A stretch of DNA of 64,000 bases from Eledone cirrhosa (lineage: Eukaryota), in contig OZ024744.1 of the NCBI GenBank assembly GCA_964016885.1, forward strand, positions 110,546,001-110,610,000, written 5' to 3'. The position numbers were made by a program, and so were the translations under genes. Positions 15,600 through 32,600 of this stretch are shown here, piece after piece. A model generated the notes under the pieces. That model saw only the letters and a program-made list of their open reading frames with translations, searched no databases and had not been told where the DNA came from. The number at the start of each line of letters is the position of its first letter. Positions within the stretch are counted from its first letter, which is position 1.

Positions 15600-18300
15600 A
15601 CTTACCTTGCCCTGAACACAGTAAAACTATACAACCCACTATAACTTACCTTGCCCTGAACACAGTAAAACTACATAATCCACTATAACTTACCTTGCCC
15701 TGAACACAGTAAAACTACACAATCCACTATAACTTACCTTGCTCTGAACACAGTAAACTACACAATCCACTATAACTTACCTTGCTCTGAACAGAGTAAA
15801 ACAACGCAACCCACTATAACTTACCTTGCTCTGAACACAGTAAAACTATATAATCCACTATTGCTTACCTTGCCCTGAACACAGTAACACTACATAATCC
15901 ACTATAACTTACCTTGCTCTGAACACAGTAAAACTACACAATCCACTATAACTTACCTTGCTCTGAACAGAGTAAAACAACGCAACCCACTATAACTTAC
16001 CTTTCTCTGAACACAGTAAAACTATATAATCCACTATTGCTTACCTTGCCCTGAACACAGTAAAACTACATAATCCACTATAACTTACCTTGCCCTGAAC
16101 ACAGTAAAACTACACAACCCTCTATAACTTACCTTGCTCTGAACACAGTAAAACTACATAACCCTCTATAACTTACCTTGCTCTGAACACAGTAAAACTA
16201 CACAACCCTCTATAACTTACCTTGCCCTGAACACAGTAAAACTACATAATCCACTATAACTTACCATGCCTGAACACAGTAAAACTACACAACCCTCTAT
16301 AACTTACCTTGCTCTGAACAGAGTAAAACAACGCAACCCACTATAACTTACCTTACTCTGAACACAGTAAAACTACATAATCCACTATAACTTACTTTGC
16401 CATGAACACAGTAAAATTACACAACCCTCTATAACTTACCTTGCCCTGAACACAGTAAAACTACACAATCCACTATAACTTACCTTGCTCTGAACACAGT
16501 AAAACTACACAATCCACTATAACTTACCTTGCCCTGAACACAGTAAAACTACACAACCCTCTATAACTTACCTTGCACTGAACACAGTAAAACTACATAA
16601 CCCTCTATAACTTACCTTGCTCTGAACACAGTAAAACTACACAACCCTCTATAACTTACCTTGCCCTGAACACAGTAAAACTACATAATCCACTATAACT
16701 TACCATGCCTGAACACAGTAAAACTACACAACCCTCTATAACTTACCTTGCTCTGAACAGAGTAAAACAACGCAACCCACTATAACTTACCTTACTCTGA
16801 ACACAGTAAAACTACATAATCCACTATAACTTACTTTGCCATGAACACAGTAAAACTACACAACCCTCTATAACTTACCTTGCCCTGAACACAGTAAAAC
16901 TACACAATCCACTATAACTTACCTTGCTCTGAACACAGTAAAACTACACAATCCACTATAACTTACCTTGCCCTGAACACAGTAAAACTACACAATCCAC
17001 TATAACTTACCTTGCCCTGAACACAGTAAAACTACATAATCCACTATAACTTACCTTGCTCTGAACACAGTAAAACTACACAACCCTCTATAACTTACCT
17101 TGCTCTGAACACAGTAAAACTACACAATCCACTATAACTTACCTTGCCCTGAACACAGTAAAACTACACAGTCCACTATAACTTACCTTGCCCTGAACAC
17201 AGTAAAACTACATAATCCACTATAACTTACCATGCCTGAACACAGTAAAACTACACAATCCACTATAACTTACCTTGCCCTGAACACAGTAAAACTACAC
17301 AATCCACTATAACTTAACTTGCCCTGAACACAGTAAAACTACATAATCCACTATAACTTACCTTGCCCTGAACACAGTAAAACTATACAACCCACTATAA
17401 CTTACCTTGCCCTGAACACAGTAAAACTACATAATCCACTATAACTTACCTTGCCCTGAACACAGTAAAACTACACAATCCACTATAACTTACCTTGCTC
17501 TGAACACAGTAAACTACACAATCCACTATAACTTACCTTGCTCTGAACAGAGTAAAACAACGCAACCCACTATAACTTACCTTGCTCTGAACACAGTAAA
17601 ACTATATAATCCACTATTGCTTACCTTGCCCTGAACACAGTAACACTACATAATCCACTATAACTTACCTTGCTCTGAACACAGTAAAACTACACAATCC
17701 ACTATAACTTACCTTGCTCTGAACAGAGTAAAACAACGCAACCCACTATAACTTACCTTGCTCTGAACACAGTAAAACTATATAATCCACTATTGCTTAC
17801 CTTGCCCTGAACACAGTAAAACTACATAATCCACTATAACTTACCTTGCCCTGAACACAGTAAAACTACACAACCCTCTATAACTTACCTTGCTCTGAAC
17901 ACAGTAAAACTACATAACCCTCTATAACTTACCTTGCTCTGAACACAGTAAAACTACACAACCCTCTATAACTTACCTTGCCCTGAACACAGTAAAACTA
18001 CATAATCCACTATAACTTACCATGCCTGAACACAGTAAAACTACACAACCCTCTATAACTTACCTTGCTCTGAACAGAGTAAAACAACGCAACCCACTAT
18101 AACTTACCTTACTCTGAACACAGTAAAACTACATAATCCACTATAACTTACTTTGCCATGAACACAGTAAAATTACACAACCCTCTATAACTTACCTTGC
18201 CCTGAACACAGTAAAACTACACAATCCACTATAACTTACCTTGCTCTGAACACAGTAAAACTACACAATCCACTATAACTTACCTTGCCCTGAACACAGT
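15600..18300. repeat. Duplicated block with a 40-monomer (1,756-bp) offset
   Basis: Rare taacactacat at 15885 and 17641. The flanking variant order (agtaaacta, caacgc, attgc, aaattacacaaccctc) is shared. Confidence 0.7.
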
Positions 18301-20749
18301 AAAACTACACAATCCACTATAACTTACCTTGACCTGAACACAGTAAAACTACATAATCCACTATAACTTAGGTTGATCTGAACACAGTAAAACTACACAA
18401 CCCTCTATAACTTACCTTGCTCTGAACACAGTAAAACTACACAATCCACTATAACTTACCTTGCCCTGAACACAGTAAAACTACACAGTCCACTATAACT
18501 TACCTTGCCCTGAACACAGTAAAACTACACAATCCACTATAACTTACCTTGCCCTGAACACAGTAAAACTACATAATCCACTATAACTTACCTTGCCCTG
18601 AACACAGTAAAACTACACAATCCACTATAACTTACCTTGCCCTGAACACAGTAAAACTACATAATCCACTATAACATACCTTGCCCTGAACACAGTAAAA
18701 CTACATAATCCACTATAACTTACCATGCCTGAACACAGTAAAACTACACAATCCACTATAACTTACCTTGCCCTGAACACAGTAAAACTACACAATCCAC
18801 TATAACTTACCTTGCCCTGAACACAGTAAAACTACATAATCCACTATAACTTACCTTGCCCTGAACACAATAAAACTACACAATCCACTATAACTTACCT
18901 TGCCCTGAACACAGTAAAACTACATAATCCACTATAACTTACCTTGCCCTGAACACAGTAAAACTACATAATCCACTATAACTTACCATGCCTGAACACA
19001 GTAAAACTATACAATCTTCTATAACTTACCTTGCCCTGAACACAGTAAAATTACACAATCCACTATAACTTACCTTGCTCTGAACACAGTAAAACTACAC
19101 AAACCACTATAAAATACCTTGCCCTGAACACCGTAAAACTATATAATCCACTATAGCTTACCTTGCCCTGAACACAGTAAAACTATACAACCCACTATAA
19201 CTTACCTTGCCCTGAACACAGTAAAACTACATAATCCACTATAACTTACCTTGCCCTGAACACAGTAAAAGTACATAATCCACTATAGCTTACCTTGCCC
19301 TGAACACAGTAAAACTACACAATCCACTATAACTTACCTTGCTCTGAACACAGTAAAACTACACAATCCACTATAACCTACCTTGCCGTGAACACAGTAA
19401 AACTACATAAGCCACTATAACTTACCTTGCCCTGAACACAGTAAAAGTACATAATCCACTATAGCTTACCTTGCCCTGAACACAGTAAAACTACACAATC
19501 CACTATAACTTACCTTGCTCTGAACACAGTAAAACTACACAACCCACTATAACTTACCTTGCCCTGAACACAGTAAAACTACATAATCCACTATAATTTA
19601 CCTTGCTCTGAACACAGTAAAACTATATAATCCACTATAGCTTACCTTGCCCTGAACACAGTAAAACTATACAACCCACTATAACTTACCTTGCCCTGAA
19701 CACAGTAAAACTACATAATCCACTATAACTTACCTTGCCCTGAACACAGTAAAACTACACAATCCACTATAACTTACCTTGCTCTGAACACAGTAAACTA
19801 CACAATCCACTATAACTTACCTTGCTCTGAACACAGTAAAACTATATAATCCACTATTGCTTACCTTGCCCTGAACACAGTAAAACTACATAATCCACTA
19901 TAACTTACCTTGCTCCGAACACAGTAAAACTACACAATCCACTATAACTTACCTTGCTCTGAACAGAGTAAAACAACGCAACCCACTATAACTTACCTTG
20001 CTCTGAACACAGTAAAACTATATAATCCACTATTGCTTACCTTGCCCTGAACACAGTAAAACTACACAATCCACTATAACTTACCTTGCCCTGAACACAG
20101 TAAAACTACACAATCCTCTATAACTTACCTTGCTCTGAACACAGTAAAACTACATAACCCTCTATAACTTACCTTGCTCTGAACACAGTAAAACTACACA
20201 ACCCTCTATAACTTACCTTGCCCTGAACACAGTAAAACTACATAATCCACTATAACTTACCATGCCTGAACACAGTAAAAGTACACAACCCTCTATAACT
20301 TACCTTGCTCTGAACAGAGTAACACAACGCAACCCACTATAACTTACCTTACTCTGAACACAGTAAAACTACATAATCCACTATAACTTACTTTGCCATG
20401 AACACAGTAAAACTACACAACCCTCTATAACTTACCTTGCCCTGAACACAGTAAAACTACACAATGCACTATAACTTACCTTTCCCTGAACACAGTAAAA
20501 CTACACAATCCACTATAACTTACCTTGCCTGAACACAGTAAGACGACACAATCTACTATAAATTACGTTGCTCTGAACACACTAAAACTACACAATTTTC
20601 TACAACTTACCTTGCCCTAAACGCAGTAAAACTACACAATCCACTATAACTTACCTTGCTCTGAACACAGTAACACTACACAATCCACTATAACTTACCT
20701 TGCCCTGAACACAGTAAAACTACACAATCCATTATAACTTACCTTGCCC

Positions 20750-23700
20750 TGAACACAGTAAAACTACACAATCCACTCTAACTTACCTTGCTCTGAACAC
20801 AGTAAAACTACACAATCCACTATAACTTACCTTGCCCTGAACACAGTAAAACTACATAATCCACTATAACTTACCATGCCTGAACACAGTAAAACTACAC
20901 AATCCACTATAACTTACCTTGCCCTGAACACAGTAAAATTACACAATCCACTATAACTTACCTTGCTCTGAACACAGTAAAACTACACAACCCACTATAA
21001 CTTACCTTGCCCTGAACACAGTAAAACTACACAATCCACTATAACTTACCTTGCCCTGAACACAGTAAAACTACATAATCCACTATAACTTACCTTGCCC
21101 TGAACACAGTAAAATTACACAATCCACTATAATTTACCTTGCCCTGAACACAGTAAAACTACACAATCCACTATAACTTACCTTGCTCTGAACAGAGTAA
21201 AACTACACAACCCACTATAACTTACCTTGCTCTGAACACAGTAAAAGTACATAATCCACTATAACTTACCTTGCTCTGAACACAGTAAAACTACACAATC
21301 CACTATAAATTACCCTGCCCTGAACACAGTAAAACTACACAATCCACTATAAATTACGTTGCCCTGAACACACTAAAACTACACAATTTTCTATAACTTA
21401 TCTTGCCCTGAACACAGTAAACTGCAGAATCCACTATAACTTACCTTGCCCTGAACACAGTAAAACTACACAATCCACTGTAACTTACCTTGCTCTGAAC
21501 ACAGTAAAACTACACAATCCACTGTAACTTACCTTGCTCTGAACACAGTAAAACTACACAATCCACTATAACTTACCTTGCCCTGAACACAGTAAAACTA
21601 CACAATCCACTATAAACTACCTTGCCCTGAACACAGTAAAATTATACAATCCACTATAACTTACCTTGCTCTGAACACAGTAAAACTACACAACCCACTA
21701 TAACTTACCTTGCCCTGAACACAGTAAATCTACACAATCCACTATAACTTACCTTGCCCTGAACAGATTAAAACTACACAATCTACTATAATTTACCTTG
21801 CCCTGAACACAGTAAAAGTACATAATCCACTATAACTTACCTTCCCTGGACACAGTAAAACTACACAATCCACTATAACTGACCTTGCCCTGAACACAGT
21901 AAAACTACACAATCCACTATAACTTAACTTGCCCTGAACACAGTAAAACTACATAATCCACTATAACTTACCTTGCCCTGAACACAGTAAAAGTACATAA
22001 TCCACTATAGCTTACCTTGCCCTGAACACAGTAAAACTACACAATCCACTATAACTTACCTTGCTCTGAACACAGTAAAACTACACAATCCACTATAACC
22101 TACCTTGCCCTAAACACAGTAAAACTACATAAGCCACTATAACTTACCTTGCCCTGAACACAGTAAAAGTACATAATCCACTATAGCTTACCTTGCCCTG
22201 AACACAGTAAAACTACACAATCCACTATAACTTACCTTGCTCTGAACACAGTAAAACTACACAACCCACTATAACTTACCTTGCCCTGAACACAGTAAAA
22301 CTACTTAATCCACTATAATTTACCTTGCTCTGAACACAGTAAAACTATATAATCCACTATAGCTTACCTTGCCCTGAACACAGTAAAACTATACAACCCA
22401 CTATAACTTACCTTGCCCTGAACACAGTAAAACTACACAATCCACTCTAACTTACCTTGCTCTGAACACAGTAAAACTACACAATCCACTATAACTTACC
22501 TTGGCCTGAACACAGTAAAACTACATAATCCACTATAACTTACCATGCCTGAACACAGTAAAACTACACAATCCACTATAACTTACCTTGCCCTGAACAC
22601 AGTAAAATTACACAATCCACTATAACTTACCTTGCTCTGAACACAGTAAAACTACACAACCCACTATAACTTACCTTGCCCTGAACACAGTAAAACTACA
22701 CAATCCACTATAACTTACCTTGCCCTGAACACAGTAAAACTACATAATCCACTATAACTTACCTTGCCCTGAACACAGTAAAATTACACAATCCACTATA
22801 ACTTACCTTGCCCTGAACACAGTAAAACTACACAATCCACTATAACTTACCTTGCTCTGAACAGAGTAAAACTACACAACCCACTATAACTTACCTTGCT
22901 CTGAACACAGTAAAAGTACATAATCCACTATAACTTACCTTGCTCTGAACACAGTAAAACTACACAATCCACTATAAATTACCCTGCCCTGAACACAGTA
23001 AAACTACACAATCCACTATAAATTACGTTGCCCTGAACACACTAAAACTACACAATTTTCTATAACTTATCTTGCCCTGAACACAGTAAACTACAGAATC
23101 CACTATAACTTACCTTGCCCTGAACACAGTAAAACTACACAATCCACTGTAACTTACCTTGCTCTGAACACAGTAAAACTACACAATCCACTGTAACTTA
23201 CCTTGCACTGAACACAGTAAAACTACACAATCCACTATAACTTACCTTGCCCGGAACACAGTAAAACTACACAATCCACTATAAACTACCTTGCCCTGAA
23301 CACAGTAAAATTATACAATCCACTATAACTTACCTTGCTCTGAACACAGTAAAACTACACAACCCACAATAACTTACCTTGCCCTGAACACAGTAAAACT
23401 ACACAATCCACTATAACTTACCTTGCCCTGAACAGATTAAAACTACACAATCTACTATAATTTACCTTGCCCTGAACACAGTAAAAGTACATAATCCACT
23501 ATAACTTACCTTCCCTGAACACAGTAAACCTACACAATCCACTATAACTTACCTTGCCCTGAACACAGTAAAACTACACAATCCACTATAACTTAACTTG
23601 CCCTGAACACAGTAAAACTACATAATCCACTATAACTTACCTTGCCCTGAACACAGTAAAAGTACATAATCCACTATAGCTTACCTTGCCCTGAACACAG

Positions 23701-24100
23701 TAAAACTACACAATCCACTATAACTTACCTTGCTCTGAACACAGTAAAACTACACAATCCACTATAACCTACCTTGCCCTAAACACAGTAAAACTACATA
23801 AGCCACTATAACTTACCTTGCCCTGAACACAGTAAAAGTACATAATCCACTATAGCTTACCTTGCCCTGAACACAGTAAAACTACACAATCCACTATAAC
23901 TTACCTTGCTCTGAACACAGTAAAACTACACAACCCACTATAACTTACCTTGCCCTGAACACAGTAAAACTACTTAATCCACTATAATTTACCTTGCTCT
24001 GAACACAGTAAAACTATATAATCCACTATAGCTTACCTTGCCCTGAACACGGTAAAACTATACAACCCACTATAACTTACCTTGCCCTGAACACAGTAAA
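20750..24100. repeat. 38-monomer (1,669-bp) tandem duplication
   Basis: atccactcta at 20771 and 22440; ctacttaatc at 22301 and 23970. Both offsets are 1669. Confidence 0.85.
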
Positions 24101-26079
24101 ACTACATAATCCACTATAACTTACCTTGCCCTGAACACAGTAAAACTACACAATCCACTATAACTTACCTTGCTCTGAACACAGTAAACTACACAATCCA
24201 TTATAACTTACCTTGCTCTGAACAGAGTAAAACAACGCAACCCACTATAAGTTACCTTGCTCTGAACACAGTAAAACTATATAATCCACTATTGCTTACC
24301 TTGCCCTGAACACAGTAAAACTACATAATCCACTATAACTTACCTTGCTCTGAACACAGTAAAACTACACAATCCACTATAACTTACCTTGCTCTGAACA
24401 GAGTAAAACAACGCAACCCACTATAACTTACCTTGCTCTGAACACAGTAAAACTATATAATCCACTATTGCTTACCTTGCCCTGAACACAGTAAAACTAC
24501 ATAATCCACTATAACTTACCTTGCCCTGAACACAGTAAAACTACACAACCCTCTATAACTTACCTTGCTCTGAACACAGTAAAACTACATAACCCGCTAT
24601 AACTTACCTTGCTCTGAACACAGTAAATCTACACAACCCTCTATAACTTACCTTGCCCTGAACACAGTAAAACTACATAATCCACTATAACTTACCATGC
24701 CTGAACACAGTAAAACTACACAACCCTCTATAACTTACCTTGCTCTGAACAGAGTAAAACAACGCAACCCACTATAACTTACCTTACTCTGAACACAGTA
24801 AAACTACATAATCCACTATAACTTACTTTGCCATGAACACAGTAAAACTACACAACCCTCTATAACTTACCTTGCCCTGAACACAGTAAAACTACACAAT
24901 CCACTATAACTTACCTTGCTCTGAACACAGTAAAACCACACAATCCACTATAACTTACCTTGCCCTGAACACAGTAAAACTACATAATCCACTATAACTT
25001 ACCTTGCTCTGAACCCAGTAAAACTACACAACCCTCTATAACTTACCTTGCTCTGAACAGAGAAAAACAACGCAACCCACTATAACTTACCTTGCCCTGA
25101 ACACAGTAAAACTACATAATCCACTATAACTTACCTTGCTCTGAACACAGTAAAACTACACAACCCTCTATAACTTACCTTGCCCTGAACACAGTAAAAC
25201 TACACAATCCACTATAACTTACCTTGCTCTGAACACAGTAAAACTACACAATCCACTATAACTTACCTTGCCCTGAACACAGTAAAACTACACAATCCAC
25301 TATAACTTACCTTGCCCTGAACACAGTAAAACTACATAATCCACTATAACTTACCTTGCTCTGAACACAGTAAAACTACACAACCTTCTATAACTTACCT
25401 TGCTCTGAACACAGTAAAACTACACAATCCACTGTAACTTACCTTGCCCTGAACACAGTAAAACTACACAGTCCACTATAACTTACCTTGCCCTGAACAC
25501 AGTAAAACTACATAATCCACTATAACTTACCATGCCTGAACACAGTAAAACTACACAATCCACTATAACTTACCTTGCCCTGAACACAGTAAAACTACAC
25601 AATCCTCTATAACTTACCTTGCCCTGAACACAGTAAAACTACATAATCCACTATAATTTACCTTCCCTGAACACAGTAAAACTACACAATCCACTATAAC
25701 TTACCTTGCCCTGAACACAGTAAAACTACATAATCCACTATAACTTACCTTGCCCTGAACACAGTAAAACTACATAATCCACTATAACTTACCATGCCTG
25801 AACACAGTAAAACTACACAATCTTCTATAACTTACCTTGCCCTGAACACAGTAAAATTACACAATCCACTATAACTTACCTTGCTCTGAACACAGTAAAA
25901 CTACACAAACCACTATAAAATACCTTGCCCTGAACACAGTAAAACTATATAATCCACTATAGCTTAACTTGCCCTGAACACAGTAAAACTATACAACCCA
26001 CTATAACTTACCTTGCCCTGAACACAGTAAAACTACATAATCCACTATAACTTACCTTGCCCTGAACACAGTAAAAGTA

Positions 26080-29000
26080 CATAATCCACTATAGCTTACC
26101 TTGCCCTGAACACAGTAAAGCTACACAATCCACTATAACTTACCTTGCTCTGAACACAGTAAAACTACACAATCCACTATAACCTACCTTGCCCTGAACA
26201 CAGTAAAACTACATAAGCCACTATAACTTACCTTGCCCTGAACACAGTAAAAGTACATAATCCACTATAGCTTACCTTGCCCTGAACACAGTAAAACTAC
26301 ACAATCCACTATAACTTACCTTGCTCTGAACACAGTAAACCTACACAACCCACTATAAATTACCTTGCCCTGAACACAGTAAAACTACATAATCCACTAT
26401 AATTTACCTTGCTCTGAACACAGTAAAACTATATAATCCACTATAGCTTACCTTGCCCTGAACACAGTAAAACTATACAACCCACTATAACTTACCTTGC
26501 CCTGAACACAGTAAAACTACATAATCCACTATAACTTACCTTGCCCTGAACACAGTAAAACTACACAATCCATTATAACTTACCTTGCTCTGAACACAGT
26601 AAAACAACGCAACCCACTATAACTTACCTTGCTCTGAACACAGTAAAACTATATAATCCACTATTGCTTACCTTGCCCTGAACACAGTAAAACTACATAA
26701 TCCACTATAACTTACCTTGCTCTGAACACAGTAAAACTACACAATCCACTATAACTTACCTTGCTCTGAACAGAGTAAAACAACGCAACCCACTATAACT
26801 TACCTTGCTCTGAACACAGTAAAACTATATAATCCACTATTGCTTACCTTGCCCTGAACACAGTAAAACTACATAATCCACTATAACTTACCTTGCCCTG
26901 AACACAGTAAAACTACACAACCCTCTATAACTTACCTTGCTCTGAACACAGTAAAACTACATAACCCTCTATAACTTACCTTGCTCTGAACACAGTAAAA
27001 CTACACAACCCTCTATAACTTACCTTGCCCTGAACACAGTAAAACTACATAATCCACTATAACTTACCATGCCTGAACACAGTAAAACTACACAACCCTC
27101 TATAACTTACCTTGCTCTGAACAGAGAAAAACAACGCAACCCACTATAACTTACCTTACTCTTAACACAGTAAAACTACATAATCCACTATAACTTACTT
27201 TGCCATGAACACAGTAAAACTACACAACCCTCTATAACTTACCTTGCCCTGAACACAGTAAAACTACACAATCCACTATAACTTACCTTGCTCTGAACAC
27301 AGTAAAACTACACAATCCACTATAACTTACCTTGCCCTGAACACAGTAAAACTACACAATCCACTATAACTTACCTTGCCCTGAACACAGTAAAACTACA
27401 TAATCCACTATAACTTACCTTGCTCTGAACACAGTAAAACTACACAACCTTCTATAACTTACCTTGCTCTGAACACAGTAAAACTACACAATCCACTGTA
27501 ACTTACCTTGCCCTGAACACAGTAAAACTACACAGTCCACTATAACTTACCTTGCCCTGAACACAGTAAAACTACATAATCCACTATAACTTACCATGCC
27601 TGAACACAGTAAAACTACACAATCCACTATAACTTACCTTGCCCTGAACACAGTAAAACTACACAATCCTCTATAACTTACCTTGCCCTGAACACAGTAA
27701 AACTACATAATCCACTATAATTTACCTTCCCTGAACACAGTAAAACTACACAATCCACTATAACTTACCTTGCCCTGAACACAGTAAAACTACATAATCC
27801 ACTATAACTTACCTTGCCCTGAACACAGTAAAACTACATAATCCACTATAGCTTACCTTGCCCTGAACACAGTAAAGCTACACAATCCACTATAACTTAC
27901 CTTGCTCTGAACACAGTAAAACTACACAATCCACTATAACCTACCTTGCCCTGAACACAGTAAAACTACATAAGCCACTATAACTTACCTTGCCCTGAAC
28001 ACAGTAAAAGTACATAATCCACTATAGCTTACCTTGCCCTGAACACAGTAAAACTACACAATCCACTATAACTTACCTTGCTCTGAACACAGTAAACCTA
28101 CACAACCCACTATAACTTACCTTGCCCTGAACACAGTAAAACTACATAATCCACTATAATTTACCTTGCTCTGAACACAGTAAAACTATATAATCCACTA
28201 TAGCTTACCTTGCCCTGAACACAGTAAAACTATACAACCCACTATAACTTACCTTGCCCTGAACACAGTAAAACTACATAATCCACTATAACTTACCTTG
28301 CCCTGAACACAGTAAAACTACACAATCCATTATAACTTACCTTGCTCTGAACACAGTAAAACAACGCAACCCACTATAACTTACCTTGCTCTGAACACAG
28401 TAAAACTATATAATCCACTATTGCTTACCTTGCCCTGAACACAGTAAAACTACATAATCCACTATAACTTACCTTGCTCTGAACACAGTAAAACTACACA
28501 ATCCACTATAACTTACCTTGCTCTGAACAGAGTAAAACAACGCAACCCACTATAACTTACCTTGCTCTGAACACAGTAAAACTATATAATCCACTATTGC
28601 TTACCTTGCCCTGAACACAGTAAAACTACATAATCCACTATAACTTACCTTGCCCTGAACACAGTAAAACTACACAACCCTCTATAACTTACCTTGCTCT
28701 GAACACAGTAAAACTACATAACCCTCTATAACTTACCTTGCTCTGAACACAGTAAAACTACACAACCCTCTATAACTTACCTTGCCCTGAACACAGTAAA
28801 ACTACATAATCCACTATAACTTACCATGCCTGAACACAGTAAAACTACACAACCCTCTATAACTTACCTTGCTCTGAACAGAGAAAAACAACGCAACCCA
28901 CTATAACTTACCTTACTCTTAACACAGTAAAACTACATAATCCACTATAACTTACTTTGCCATGAACACAGTAAAACTACACAACCCTCTATAACTTACC

Positions 29001-29600
29001 TTGCCCTGAACACAGTAAAACTACACAATCCACTATAACTTACCTTGCTCTGAACACAGTAAAACTACACAATCCACTATAACTTACCTTGCCCTGAACA
29101 CAGTAAAACTACACAATCCACTATAACTTACCTTGCCCTGAACACAGTAAAACTACATAATCCACTATAACTTACCTTGCTCTGAACACAGTAAAACTAC
29201 ACAACCTTCTATAACTTACCTTGCTCTGAACACAGTAAAACTACACAATCCACTGTAACTTACCTTGCCCTGAACACAGTAAAACTACACAGTCCACTAT
29301 AACTTACCTTGCCCTGAACACAGTAAAACTACATAATCCACTATAACTTACCATGCCTGAACACAGTAAAACTACACAATCCACTATAACTTACCTTGCC
29401 CTGAACACAGTAAAACTACACAATCCTCTATAACTTACCTTGCCCTGAACACAGTAAAACTACATAATCCACTATAATTTACCTTCCCTGAACACAGTAA
29501 AACTACACAATCCACTATAACTTACCTTGCCCTGAACACAGTAAAACTACATAATCCACTATAACTTACCTTGCCCTGAACACAGTAAAACTACATAATC
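26080..29600. repeat. 40-monomer (1,757-bp) tandem duplication
   Basis: agtaaagcta variant base at 26120 and 27877; actcttaacac at 27161 and 28918. Both offsets are 1757. Confidence 0.85.
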
Positions 29601-32600
29601 CACTATAACTTACCATGCCTGAACACAGTAAAACTACACAATCCAATATAACTTACCTTGCCCTGAACACAGTAAAACTACACAATCCACTATAACTTAC
29701 CTTGCCCTGAACACAGTAAAACTACATAATCCACTATAACTTACCTTGCTCTGAACACAGTAAAACTACACAATCCACTATAACTTACCTTGCTCTGAAC
29801 AGAGTAAAACAACGCAACCCACTATAACTTACCTTGCTCTGAACACAGTAAAACTATATAATCCACTATTGCTTACCTTGCCCTGAACACAGTAAAACTA
29901 CATAATCCACTATAACTTACCTTGCCCTGAACACAGTAAAACTACACAACCCTCTATAACTTACCTTGCTCTGAACACAGTAAAACTACATAACCCGCTA
30001 TAACTTACCTTGCTCTGAACACAGTAAATCTACACAACCCTCTATAACTTACCTTGCCCTGAACACAGTAAAACTACATAATCCACTATAACTTACCATG
30101 CCTGAACACAGTAAAACTACACAACCCTCTCTAACTTACCTTGCTCTGAACAGAGTAAAACAACGCAACCCACTATAACTTACCTTACTCTGAACACAGT
30201 AAAACTACATAATCCACTATAACTTACTTTGCCATGAACACAGTAAAACTACACAACCCTCTATAACTTACCTTGCCCTGAACACAGTAAAACTACACAA
30301 TCCACTATAACTTACCTTGCTCTGAACACAGTAAAACTACACAATCCACTATAACTTACCTTGCCCTGAACACAGTAAAACTACACAATCCACTATAACT
30401 TACCTTGCCCTGAACACAGTAAAACTACATAATCCACTATAACTTACCTTGCTCTGAACCCAGTAAAACTACACAACCCTCTATAACTTACCTTGCTCTG
30501 AACACAGTAAAACTACACAATCCACTATAACTTACCTTGCCCTGAACACAGTAAAACTACACAGTCCACTATAACTTACCTTGCCCTGAACACAGTAAAA
30601 CTACATAATCCACTATAACTTACCATGCCTGAACACAGTAAAACTACACAATCCACTATAACTTACCTTGCCCTAAACACAGTAAAACTACATAATCCAC
30701 TATAACTTACCTTGCCCTGAACACAGTAAAACTACACAATCCACTATAACTTACCTTGCCCTGTACACAGTAAAACTACATAATCCACTATAACTTACCT
30801 TGCCCTGAACACAGTAAAACTACATAATCCACTATAACTTACCATGCCTGAACACAGTAAAACTACACAATCCACTATAACTTACCTTGCACTGAAAACA
30901 GTAAAACTACACAATCCACTATAACTTACCTTGCCCTGAACACAGTAAAACTACATAATCCACTATAACTTACCTTGCCCTGAACACAGTAAAACTACAC
31001 AATCCACTATAACTTACCTTGCCCTGAACACAGTAAAACTACATAATCCACTATAACTTACCTTGCCCTGAACACAGTAAAACTACATAATCCACTATAA
31101 CTTACCATGCCTGAACACAGTAAAACTACACAATCTTCTATAACTTACCTTGCCCTGAACACAGTAAAATTACACAATCCACTATAACTTACCTTGCTCT
31201 GAACACAGTAAAACTACACAAACCACTATAAAATACCTTTCCCTGAACACAGTAAAACTATATAATCCACTATAGCTTAACTTGCCCTGAACACAGTAAA
31301 ACTATACAACCCACTATAACTTACCTTGCCCTGAACACAGTAAAACTACATAATCCACTATAACTTACCTTGCCCTGAACACAGTAAAAGTACATAATCC
31401 ACTATAGCTTACCTTGCCCTGAACACAGTAAAACTACACAATCCACTATAACTTACCTTGCTCTGAACACAGTAAAACTACACAATCCACTATAACCTAC
31501 CTTGCCCTGAACACAGTAAAACTACATAAGCCACTATAACTTACCTTGCCCTGAACACAGTAAAAGTACATAATCCACTATAGCTTACCTTGCTCTGAAC
31601 ACAGTAAAACTACACAATCCACTATAACTTACCTTGCTCTGAACAGAGTAAAACAACGCAACCCACTATAACTTACCTTGCTCTGAACACAGTAAAACTA
31701 TATAATCCACTATTGCTTACCTTGCCCTGAACACAGTAAAACTACATAATCCACTATAACTTACCTTGCCCTGAACACACTAAAACTACACAACCCTCTA
31801 TAACTTACCTTGCTCTGAACACAGTAAAACTACATAACCCGCTATAACTTACCTTGCTCTGAACACAGTAAATCTACACAACCCTCTATAACTTACCTTG
31901 CCCTGAACACAGTAAAACTACATAATCCACTATAACTTACCATGCCTGAACACAGTAAAACTACACAACCCTCTATAACTTACCTTGCTCTGAACAGAGT
32001 AAAACAACGCAACCCACTATAACTTACCTTACTCTGAACACAGTAAAACTACAGAATCCACTATAACTTACTTTGCCATGAACACAGTAAAACTACACAA
32101 CCCTCTATAACTTACCTTGCCCTGAACACAGTAAAACTACACAATCCACTATAACTTACCTTGCTCTGAACACAGTAAAACTACACAATCCACTATAACT
32201 TACCTTGCCCTGAACACAGTAAAACTACACAATCCACTATAACTTACCTTGCCCTGAACACAGTAAAACTACATAATCCACTATAACTTACCTTGCTCTG
32301 AACCCAGTAAAACTACACAACCCACTATAACTTACCTTGCTCTGAACACAGTAAAACTACACAACCCTCTATAACTTACCTTGCTCTGAACACAGTAAAA
32401 CTATATAATCCACTATAACTTACCATGCCTGAACACAGTAAAACTACACAATCCACTATAACTTACCTTGCCCTGAACACAGTAAAACTACACAATCCTC
32501 TATAACTTACCTTGCCCTGAACACAGTAAAACTACATAATCCACTATAATTTACCTTCCCTGAACACAGTAAAACTACACAATCCACTATAACTTACCTT

